From assembly GCF_006345805.1 (NCBI RefSeq), contig NC_043005.1, positions 52,018,001 to 52,082,000 on the forward strand: 64,000 nt of DNA, in the 5' to 3' direction. Of this stretch, positions 53,293 to 64,000 are shown in pieces. Made by a program: the position numbers and the translations under genes. How positions within the stretch are numbered: the first letter of the stretch is position 1; each line of letters starts with the position of its first letter. The DNA is from Octopus sinensis. Lineage: Eukaryota. Below the pieces are notes generated by a model. That model had not been told where the DNA came from. It ran no database searches and worked only from the letters and a program-made list of their open reading frames with translations.

Positions 53293-54913
53293 TCTTCTCA
53301 ATCTTGATTCAATTTCCGAACACCATTTTAGTTTCCTTTTAATTGGCTGTTATTTCTGGAAAAGCGAGCGAAAATTTAGAATCACAATGGCATTAAATCA
53401 CAAGAGATTAATGCTACTGTTGTTGTTTAACTCCTTATCAGCCTTGATTAAAAAATCCCAGATACAGTTTGGGTTATCAAGATTCGTTAGCCTTTTGTTT
53501 GTCCAAAGTATCTTTGCTTGTCCTAAACGTGCATGTTATTTTCACACTTACCTTCCATAAGATTACCTTCCATAAAAATTATCATCCATAAGCCCAAAAT
53601 TATAGCAGAGGTTGAAAAATTGGGAATGTGTATTATATATGATTCATGGACGCCATATGTAATGCACATCCTTTGTATTGCATGTGATACACATGACAGG
53701 CAAAGGGTTAAGACGAGTGCATGAGATATTAGAGAGAGATTTAGCTGTTATAGTTTACAGATTAAATATCCCACAAATAGGCTCCATTAGGTCGGATAAA
53801 GATCCGACATTCATGGAGCCTATATGCAAATAATAAAACATGAAATAAATTATCCATTTTCAAAATGAAACAAGACTAACAGTAAGATAGAAGAGAATAT
53901 TTATTTTTGTATACTCCTACTTTATTGTATTTGAAAAGTTTTATCCTACTTGTTTTAATTGCAAAGCCTTTGAGAAGATCCGCACAGTGGCACCTTGAAT
54001 AATTTCAAATTATATTTCTGATCATATAAACCACTTCGTATAATATACTAGAAAATTTAAAGTTGTTTCTTTTGTGCCGTAAACCATTTACCAGTTAAGT
54101 ACTAAGATTGATTCAATCGATTTCACACCCTCCACGCAAAGACCGCTGACTCTGCCAAAATTGGAAACCATTATTTGGCACGTATTCAGGGCATTAGCTT
54201 ATGCAAAGGTGATGCCCCGCATCACACTACACTGGATTATTTTGCTTAATGGCTTATCCGGCGCTGGGCTCTATCACTGACTGATCAAAAAGGTGTTCGA
54301 TGCCGGGCTAACAGACATATCACATATTGCTTATATCTATCCTAATTTCCTATTAACACTACCCACCCCGATGCCTTCGCGAAATGAAAAATGGTCGTTT
54401 TTGTATGTCGTCGTAGAAGCCTAATAAGATGCACTTGGTTCGAATGAGTTTCTGAATAGAATCGGCGGCAGTAATTTGAACGGATATAAATATAACGTAA
54501 GTATTAAAATATGAAGTGCAAATACGTGACTCATAAAGAACACGTATTTGAAATAGTAAAATGACTCAATAGTCTAATTACATACGAACTTATATCCCCG
54601 CTCTCTGTATATGTATATACATACATACACACACACGCACACACACACACACACATACACATACACACACACACACACAAATATATATAGATAGATAAAT
54701 ATATATGTACATATATATATATGTATATTTATATATATATCCATCTATTTGTCTGTCTGTCTATCTGTATGTTCGTCCGTAGTTACTTCTTTCACTTCCT
54801 CTTTCTGTTTGTATGTGTGTGTGTGTGTATGTGTGTGTGTGTGTGTGTTGAAATGTATCTGTGTATTTGCATGTTTGTTTTGTGTATGATGAGTATTTTT
54901 GTATGTTATGTAC

Positions 54914-54966
<53 letters not shown>

Positions 54967-55032
54967 CACATACATGCATAAACATATATATATATACATA
55001 TATACATATATATATATACATATGCATTTATA

Positions 55033-55065
<33 letters not shown>

Positions 55066-56272
55066 AAGAAAGAAAGAGAAAATAGATAGAGAGGAGTTTA
55101 TAGTAATCTAAAATGGAGCCAAAGGAAGAGAGAAGTCACTGTGCCTGTAGAGTAATAATTGGTACGATTTGAAAAACTCAACGGTCCATAGACAACAGTA
55201 ATTTCGTCCTCGAACGAGAAATTTCGAACAGTGGCATTACTTGAAATGAATGTTCTTGTTTATGTACTTTTGAAGTGTGAAGATTCTCAAAAGTGCAAGT
55301 CGTGGTCTGTTTTTAAATAAAAGTCAATGAAGTTATATTTTAATTTCAAAAATAAAATACATGATACGTACTACCATACATTTTAGCAAAAGAAACACAC
55401 CCATTTTAAGAAATTGCTTAGAATAAGTATTTCCACCTTGGGTGAATCAATTTGCTAATATGAAACATAACTTCATTATGAAACAGAAATCAGGGATGCG
55501 TTCAATGCTTTACAGGACATATACGTGTTTCAACAAATTACTGAAACGCGCGTATGTTCTATAAAGCATTTCGTCTGTCTTTAAGTTCGTCTTTTCGTCC
55601 GTCTTTACGTTCTGAGTTAAAATTTCACCGAGGTGCTCATCCTTTCAGGATTGGTAAGTAAAATAATACCAGTTAAGTACTAAGACTGATGTAATCGATT
55701 TCACACACTCTGCTCAAAAACTCTCTGCCAAAATTGGAAGCCATTATTTGGCACGTATTCAGGGCATTAGCTCATGCATAGGTGATGCCCCGCATAAACG
55801 CTCCTGCATAAAGATCTACCCTGCCTCCTTCGCAAATTATTGGTTATAGATCATTAAGAAGCATTCAGAAATTCATTTAGCTTCATAGTGTATGAAATAT
55901 TTAGTGAGTGTTTATGTTTTTAATAGTTCGGCATTAATTGTTATAAGAGAATATCTATTTATGTACAGCTTTCCTTAGCAAATAATCCGGTTGCTGAATT
56001 CTGTAAACAGCAATCACAAGTCGTGTAAAGATTGGGTGTTTCGGAATTATGACTGAAAGGACACAATGAGGGCAAAACAGCGGTGTCTCAAAGTCTTCGT
56101 TTATAACTAAATCAAATGCGTCTGTAAAATCGTCTAATAGGAGCAGATGTTCTCCGAAGGTAAAATACAATAGCAAATGTCAAATTCACTTTCAAATCTG
56201 TCAAAAGAGAATATACACATCATAGCTTTGACTCTCGCTGTTTTTCGTGCTCATGATAAGGTATTGTTGGAT

Positions 56273-56658
56273 GGGAGGCGCAATGGCCCAGTGGTTAGGG
56301 CAGCGAACTCGCTGTCGTAGGATCGCGGTTTCGATTCCCAGACCGGGCGTTGTGAGTGTTTATTGAGCTAAAACACCTAAAAAAGCTCCACGATCTCCGG
56401 CAGGGATGGTGGTGATCCCTGCTGTACTCTTTCACCACAACTTTCTCTCACTTTTACTTCCTGTTTCTGTTGTACCTGTATTTCAAAGGGCCGGCCTTAT
56501 CACTCTCTGTGTCACGCTGAATATCCCTGAGAACTACGTTAAGGGTACACGTGTCTGTGGAGTGCTCAGCCACTTACACGTTAATTTCACGAGCAGGCTG
56601 TTCCGTTGATCGGATCAACCGGAACCCTCGTCGTCGTAACCGACGGAGTGCTTCCACC
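56273..56658 (+). mobile_element. tRNA-derived SINE with family D tail and a different head, 10-bp TSD
   Basis: ATTGTTGGAT at 56263-56272 and 56659-56668; head GGCGCAATGGCCCAGTGG...GTTTCGATTCC. Confidence 0.9.
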
Positions 56659-57863
56659 ATTGTTGGATATTTCAAGTTTAAGAAATAACGTTATAACTGT
56701 AAATTTGAGTATCAAAATTGTAATGAGAATATCTAAAAACCTGGAATATCGACGCTTTCGCTCTTTACTGTTTGGTAATTCACTAACATATATCTAGAAA
56801 GAAGAATAGAACAAAACATGGAGTAGAAGAATATATAGAAGAAAAATGAGAACAGAAATAATAATTAGAACAATTAAATGAATAGAAACTAGGCCTTAAG
56901 GTTTTTCATCCGATTCAAGCTGTATTCAATCTAGACAAGTTATGAAGTAAATTGTACTTAAATTATAAACAACTAAAATTTGATCAATGGAGCGTGGTTG
57001 AAAATCAAGAGATATTTATCTAAAAAGACTTCTTTTTGATGGGTATTTCCGATTAAAAATGAAAGAAAACGTAGAATCACACTGAAGAGGAAGCGTTGAA
57101 CATAATCTTTTGAAACGTTTATTGACTAATACGCTCAGTTTTCACAACTGGATTTTGAACGTGTATGTATGAGCGTGGGTATATGTGAATGCATGCGCTT
57201 GCGTCAGTGTGCCTATTCGCGCCCGTGTATTCGTGTGCTTAAGTTTGTGTATGCGCGTATGCAGGCATATAAGTGATCTTTTACTTGTTTTAGTCATGGG
57301 GCTGCAGCAGCCTTGAAGGGTTATGGCAATCAAACTGGCCCTTTACTTAATGCTAATCTGGAGAATATAATACTCTCGACAAACTGCTAAAATTCATTCA
57401 GGGGGTTTAAAAACCGACAATAGCTGTCAAGTGCTAACAACATCCATGTGCGACGGGTTTCCAATTTCCAGTTACTAATTACACTCGTAATGGATAAGCA
57501 GGCCTGGTGCTATAATACGAAAAGCGTAGTAATCTGACTTTGAAAGGACAAGGTTGCAAATCGAGCTTCTTAGACATAGCTGAAAATAAGAAGTTACAAA
57601 AAGAGCTTCTTAAAACAGACATCCTTACAATGCGATATGTAGTTCATTACACGTTAACGTTCTTCACATGTCTCATTTTATAGGCATGTATATATATATA
57701 TATATATTTTATAGGCATGTATATATATATATATATTTTTTTGTAAAAATATTATAATATGTTATAAAATATTATAATAATCCAGGTTTCTCGGAGCACT
57801 AGGCCACTTGGTGTTGAATAGATATACTATTAAATTAGTATCTAATTCTCTCACCCTTATTAA

Positions 57864-57916
<53 letters not shown>

Positions 57917-57999
57917 GAATTTACAGAAAAACAAAAGACGAAGACGGGTGTGTAGACAATAACAAGATGTATTAGTTTAACGCTCAGGAAGTGAGAAAG

Positions 58000-58036
58000 T
58001 CTTTTGCGTTTCGAGCCTAGGCTTTTCGACGGAAAG
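58000..58036 (-). ncRNA. Degenerate F1 hammerhead-like motif in PLE-type repeat ~57912-58075
   Basis: CTTT-CCGTCGA-A-AAGC-CTAG-GCTC-GAAAC-GCA-AAAG; flanks match 45300-45478. Confidence 0.4.
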
Positions 58037-58800
58037 GAACACAGAAATAACCAGGGAGAGAAAATAGAAAAAGGTTTAGTGGTTAGCAATCTATCATATA
58101 TATATATCATAAGAGCACACAATGCACCTACCTGCTAGAAAGAGGTTTTAAAACCTTCAGTTAAACCACCATTAACATTGAAAAAATTCAATAGAAAAAC
58201 AACGGTTGTCGGGCGAACAGGTTAAAGAACTTTGACATACCAAAACAGCTCAATGCTATATGTTTTGGTATTTGGATACACTTGAAATGTATTTGGATAC
58301 ATTTCTTGTTCTGGCGAAAAGCCTCAACCTTTATTAGCAAGTGTTACCAAGTGAAAAACTCTGAACTCGTCACGTTGAAGTCTGCCGGCGTTCTGAATTG
58401 TTTTGTACTAAAATCAGAACAGCTTCAGTGTAAATATATATTAATAATGAATAAATATTCAGAAGTGAATATTTATATAGATATTACTATTTTTATTGTT
58501 ATCTGCGGTAAATATAAATAGTTGATAATAACAACAACAATCATATAGGTGGTAGCAAGCCTTAAATAACTGAGGGTTTTGACTCCTCTCTGTAAATGTT
58601 TATTCTGTAGTTATCTAATGCTATTTAAAGCCTGCAACATATAATACACATACATGTATGTATATACACGCATAAATTCATACATATACACATATATATG
58701 TTCACACACACATGTACATATGTGTATATATATATATGGATGTATGTATGTATGTATGTATGTATGTATGTATGTATGTATGTATGTATGTATGTATGTA

Positions 58801-59123
58801 TACGGAGATGCACTTGATCTGAGATCGTGTGCTGAAACAAAAACAATTACAGCGTGGAAGGTGTTTATAACCCATTTAAAGAACACACAAAACCGTTAGA
58901 TTCACTTCAACATTTAAATTTAATTTGTGTCAAAATATTTTCATCGCTTTGAATCCACGACCTGTTCACTGAGACGCAGCACGAAATTTTGTCAGTGAAC
59001 AGGTCGCGGTTTCAAAGCGACGAAATTATTTTGACACAAATTAAATTTAAATGTTAAAGTGAATCTAAAGGTTTTTTGGGTGTTTTTAAATAGCTGATAA
59101 TCACCTTCCACGCTGTAATTGTA
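58801..59123. mobile_element. Second copy of fold-back element F5
   Basis: Same arms and asymmetric extension as 9626-9980, in opposite orientation. Confidence 0.85.
58990..59036 (+). ncRNA. Hammerhead variant with G3-C8 core (F5 copy 2, right arm)
   Basis: TGTCA-GTGAACA-G-GTCGC-GGTTTCAAA-GCGAC-GAAA-TTATTT-TGACA; helices I and II intact, one change in helix III. Confidence 0.55.
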
Positions 59124-59189
59124 TATATGTATATACATACATACATACACACACACACACATACATACACAAACACACACACACACACA

Positions 59190-59232
<43 letters not shown>

Positions 59233-59361
59233 CATTCATGCGCACACACTCACACACACATATAGTGATGATACAATATAATTTTATGATGTTCCGAAAG
59301 AACGTGAATTTATTATTTATTTTGGGGTCGGGGTGAAATGTTTACATGAAGGGATAAATAA

Positions 59362-60562
59362 CACTGGTCAAGAAATGCTTTCTGGCACAAGGTTAATCAA
59401 TAGTTTTTCGATAATTTGTGGGTGCTGAATCCAAATCTGGCATCACATTTTGTCTAACACATCAGATTTTTGAGATATAAAATCTTTTAGTTTTTGCTAG
59501 TAACAGCTATTTAATGCTCATAAACAAAAAAATAAACATACGTTCAAACAAATTTTAACAGACTATGTTCTCTTTTTTTTTTAAACCCAATAAACCAAAA
59601 CACAAAATTGTAAAGTAAATGAACATTAGTATTTTAAAGTCAATATTAGTGATAAAAATATATGAATGCAAAATTTCTTTTCAATGTGGTCATTCATTCT
59701 GATCATATTATTACTGCAAGATCTTCCCTTTTTTTGACGATCTCTTGTGCACAGCTTCTAGAATATCTCTCATCAAGCTCCAACAGTAATCTGCCATCAT
59801 GTTTAAGTCCCATTGGACTTGGTGATGTTCTTCCATTAATTTTACAACTTGATGAAAGCGTTCGCCTTATTCTTCGCTAACATCATCCACGTTTTCTGGA
59901 AACTCACCCAAGTAACTGCATAGGTAGTGCTATTGAAGGCTCATTCTACATCCCAGATCTTACAAACTAAAGACTAGCTTCTCCACTATCTCTTAATAGT
60001 TGTCAGCTTTACTATTCTCAAGGAAATCCCGCACCACATCAGAAGAAGCATTCCAAGCTCTAGTTTCAGCCGCGCTCATTGTTATAACAAAATGTTGATC
60101 CCTGAGGAGTGTTCTTATCTGAGGTTCATCAAATATTCCTGCCTTCTTATCGCCAATGCGACTTAGAAAGGTTGTACATATATATCCGAAGCAGTCTTCA
60201 ATGTCATCAAGAGCTTTAATGAATTGCCCCATCACACCAAGTTTCAACACAGGCTTTGCAAACTTCGTCGCGAACCCAGGTTTTGGTCTTGTCTCTAAGT
60301 GCTATTTTAAAGTAAGCAAGATACACCTTCTTGACAAAGTTTTTAACGTTGAACCTTTGAATCTGTGGAGTGAATCCCCGCAAGCATTGGTGCAAAGTTA
60401 ATGTTTGGTCTGCTCCGGGTAAATAAGGGTATGTATCGATGGCACAAAATAAAATGTAATAGAACAAATCTGAGGTCACATTTTGAATCAGCACTCAAAA
60501 ATTAATCTAAAACAGCTCTAAGATTTTATACCAGAGAATCACATTTAATTTGTCGACCATTG
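59362..60562 (-). mobile_element. Chapaev3-type (CMC) DNA transposon, internally deleted, with TIRs and TAA TSD
   Basis: TAA|CACTGGTCAAGAAAT ... ATTTGTCGACCATTG|TAA; subterminal inverted repeats; minus translation KVYLAYF..WV..VCKAC, then LKLGVMGQFIKAL, KAGIFDEPQIR, FPEN..VSEE*GERFHQ, MMADYCW. Confidence 0.85.
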
Positions 60563-60809
60563 TAATAACATAAATATTAGCTTTCTATCGAATAAGGTCT
60601 TACAGCAGAATATTTGTATGCTATCATTTATAGCTTTATGTTTCTCGAGATTCTGTCTTCCAATACATGCATACATACATGTGTACATACATACATACAT
60701 GCATGCATACATACAGACATATATATACGTATGTATCTTTTTTTTTAATTCAGAGTAAATCTTGACTAGCCACCTACTTGGTAGCAAGGTTGTAAAAGAA
60801 CTCTTCTTC

Positions 60810-60997
60810 TTTTAAACATCATCCTTTAAATCGTAAGGAAGTCTTGCAGATTTTTGTAGTTCCAGATATCGTGATCATTTTTTGCATATGAATTATGGAG
60901 TTGCATTCTCTCTCCAAAGTCCCAAGTTCAGCCATATTTTGTTCCAGATAGCCTGGCATGTATCCTGCTGCTCTAATATTAATAGGTATGAAGCTCA
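60810..60997 (-). mobile_element. RLE-type LINE C-terminal fragment
   Basis: SFIPINIRAAGYMPGYLEQNMAELG..MQKMITISGTTKICKTSLRF. Confidence 0.5.
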
Positions 60998-61004
60998 AAA
61001 TGAA

Positions 61005-61435
61005 ATGGCAATGACGATGATAATTATGAGGTTGACGATGACAAAGACGACGATAACGATGATGATAATGATTATGATGACAACTGCAATGACGACGATG
61101 ATGGTGACTACAATGATGATGATGCTGATAATGATGTCGATGATGATGGTCATGATGATGATTACAAAGTGAACGTTGACGACAATAATGATGATGATAA
61201 TGATGATGATGACTACGACAACGAGGACGAGAAAAATGATTGATGATGGTGATGATGATGATGATTGATTGATGATGATGATTGATGATTGATGGTGACG
61301 TTTGATGAATGAGGATGACTGACGAGGATTGATGAGAATGATGACGAGTGATGAGAGTGATGACAATGACAGGGACGATTGTAATGATGGCGGCGTTGAT
61401 AATGATGGCGGTGCTGATGCTGACGACGACGAAGA
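61005..61435. repeat. (GAT/GAC)n low-complexity tract
   Basis: Directly visible. Confidence 0.9.
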
Positions 61436-61840
61436 TTATCATGTTCCACTAAGTAACCAACATTAACATTACCCCCTCCCTTCCTTTTACATTTTCCTCC
61501 CTACTAACATCACCGCTAATACCAGAAGCATCAACGTCAATCACATCACAAATACAGCATCCACAAAAGCAATAACAACAGTTGCCATGATGTTAGCAGT
61601 AAATAATCTCATTTCCATAAAAGTAAACCAAAATTTTCCAGACTAAGCTAATATATTAATTAAAGTAAATAAAACGTTTCCCATCTCTCTCCAACTCACT
61701 ATCATTGTTTTCTCCTCATCATACACACACACACACACCTATCTGCTTCCATACATTTACACACACACACACACACGCACACAGATACACACGCATACAC
61801 ACACTTATTTAAATAAAGTGCATATATATTCATTATATAT

Positions 61841-61872
<32 letters not shown>

Positions 61873-61974
61873 ATATATATATATATACATATATATATAT
61901 ACATATATATATACACATACATATATACACATATACATGTATATATATATATATACATACATATACATACATGC

Positions 61975-62029
<55 letters not shown>

Positions 62030-62619
62030 TATATATGTAAATATTCATTGCCATTTAATCTCACTTTCTCTGCCTATCTTTTGCTCTCCGCTCATATTTT
62101 TTTTTCGCCTCTCTGAACTCAGTGCAAATAAATTTGTGGAAACTTTTAGTAAAGTTTTAACGATAATGATTTAATTGATTAACTTTTCAACAAATTATAC
62201 GAACACACATTACCGTAACTGAGACAGAATTGTAGAAATGCATGAATATTGAGCGACACTTATGGAATTATAGAATTACTTAATTTTGTATCGGTTGTGT
62301 TTGCTTGCTGCCTTGTTGTTATTGTTATTTTTTCATTATGCTAATGTTGTTTCTGCTGAATAACAAACTCTTGAAGCAAACAAGAGGAAAATATATATAA
62401 TGAAAGATAGCAAAACTGTTGCTGCTCAAATTATTTATATTACACTGATTCCGTTTTTAATTGGAAGCAAATTATGGAATGAAATATCTTAGTTGTTGTC
62501 ATCGTCGTCATCGTCGATGCATAGGCTCAGAGCAGTCCCCATTGAACAGAGATATCATTAAAGGTTTTCCAGCAGTGACCATCACTACTATCTTGCTTTT
62601 AAGAAGTGTATATTTAGCA

Positions 62620-62902
62620 ATACGTTATCTGATTAAAATAAATAATAAATGCGCCCTTTTAAAGTCTAGCCAGGCTCATGGGCCTGGTTTCCCGGTATCA
62701 ATGGCGTATGTGTTCCCCAGCTGGACGGGACGCCAGTCCCTCCCCTCGCAGCGTTACTCATTTTTGCCAGCTGAGTGGACTGGAGCAACGTGAAATTAAT
62801 TGTTTTGCTCAAGAATACAACGCGTCGCTCGGTCCAGGAATCGAAACCGTAATCTTACGATCATGATGTTGACACCCTAACCACTAAACCACGCACCTCC
62901 AC
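62620..62902 (-). mobile_element. tRNA-derived SINE, family E (D-like head and core, different tail)
   Basis: Minus head GGTGCGTGGTTTAGTGGTTAGG..GTTTCGATTCC, core TTGCTCCAGTCCACTCAGCTGGCAAAAATGAGT, distinct tail. Confidence 0.85.
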
Positions 62903-64000
62903 CACATTATCTGATTACTCATTATTATTTATTATTTATTTTTTGTTTTAAGACAATAAGTTATAATTTAGAGAAGAATTGGTCAATGTCGCTAGCATAG
63001 TGGTCAACTTCATGCATCATATTTGGCCTGTTATGTCACCATGGAGCTGTAGACTCAATCTATCACTCGGCTTAAAATCATTGCAAGAAGTTTGGATGCA
63101 TTTAGCGGAATTAACACTGTTCCAAACATTCAGGCAAGGCTCTTCTTCATTTCACCAGCTCCGGAAAACTAGAAGAAAGGCTATTAAAGTAACCCTTCGT
63201 TTCTTGACTAAAGGGTGAAAACAGGTGGACGGATCATATAAAAACTATTTCTCATAATGTAATCTGATATCGTGAATTGAAATACATGTTATTACTGTCT
63301 GGAAGAGCCATAATTGGCATTAGATAAACATATGCAAACAGGCCATTGGAAAGACTTTCAGACAAATGACCAGTCTACTGCTATCAAATTTGTTCCCTTT
63401 AAAAAAGAAAATGACCTGTTATTATGTAAACTGAATAATATTTTGGATAAGATAATTCTGCAATACAGATAATTCCAATTTCACAGGATGAAATACCTGT
63501 TGATAGAATGCGTTTGTTTAAACGTCTTGTTGGTTATCGATAGCTATTATTAATTATAATACACAAACAACACTCAAATGCTAGAAATAGCAGCAGGAAC
63601 CCCCTTATTTCACGACAGTGCGCTTATAATAAGCGTTCGAGAAAATAAAGGATTTTCGGTGTATTTTAATTATTATAACTAAAGTCAAAGCTAAACTGGG
63701 CCTAAACAACAAAAACTACTAAAACTAAGTCTTCCTCAAATCATACCATGGCGTCTTGAAAGAATAAGTTAAGAAAGGCAGTTTACTCCTTCAGACAATA
63801 CTTGATGCTCAAAGCAATGTGGTCTTTGATCATAAGTCTGCTTGGTCAAGGCTGGCCTGAGATTAAACCGCAACAAATATAAGCACATGCGTTCATTGTG
63901 ACTATTATCAACAACTTTATTATTTAATTATATATTTGTTATTATCACTGTCTACTGTTACACACTTGTGACCTGTTCACTCATATCTAGGGAGAACTTT

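Noticed and set aside
55955-56176. ORF with LLLDDFTDAFDLV resembling an RT motif
   Set aside because: Neighbouring RT motifs are absent, so this is probably chance
60819-61449. 207-aa His/Ile-rich ORF
   Set aside because: A (GAT)n tract fused to a LINE C-terminal stub
136-62174. Dozens of ORFs rich in YI, CV, HT or MYVC repeats
   Set aside because: They are translations of (TA)n, (CA)n and (TACA)n microsatellites with no coding signal
8153-62902. tRNA genes
   Set aside because: All A/B-box sequences are SINE heads that continue into SINE bodies; I saw no complete cloverleaf with a terminator
1-64000. CRISPR array or prokaryotic operon
   Set aside because: No regularly spaced repeat-spacer array and no gene-dense region; the sequence is eukaryotic

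Overview
Eukaryotic, very AT-rich, microsatellite-saturated DNA with one 100-N gap (2052-2151). The SINE families and repeat landscape suggest an octopus or other coleoid cephalopod (inference). No complete or recognisable host gene is present, and nearly all ORFs in the supplied track are translations of (TA)n/(CA)n/(TACA)n/(GAT)n repeats. The window holds many tRNA-derived SINEs (about 5 modular families) and decayed transposons (Tc1, two mariners, hAT, Chapaev3, a piggyBac-type MITE, a non-autonomous Helitron; L1/Tx1, RTE, CR1-group and RLE-type LINE fragments). It also holds a 28S rRNA fragment and a few weak candidate + strand exons. The most notable signal is at least five unrelated short repeat families that each fold into a minimal type-I hammerhead ribozyme of the kind known from Penelope-like element (PLE) terminal repeats. 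Across families the 3-8 core pair covaries (C-G, U-A, G-C) and helix III is usually palindromic. Most copies end in a TA-type microsatellite and several are fold-backs; one ~1.2 kb inverted repeat brackets a candidate 84-nt exon. All structures and alignments were read by eye, so boundaries are approximate unless a TSD or TIR is quoted.
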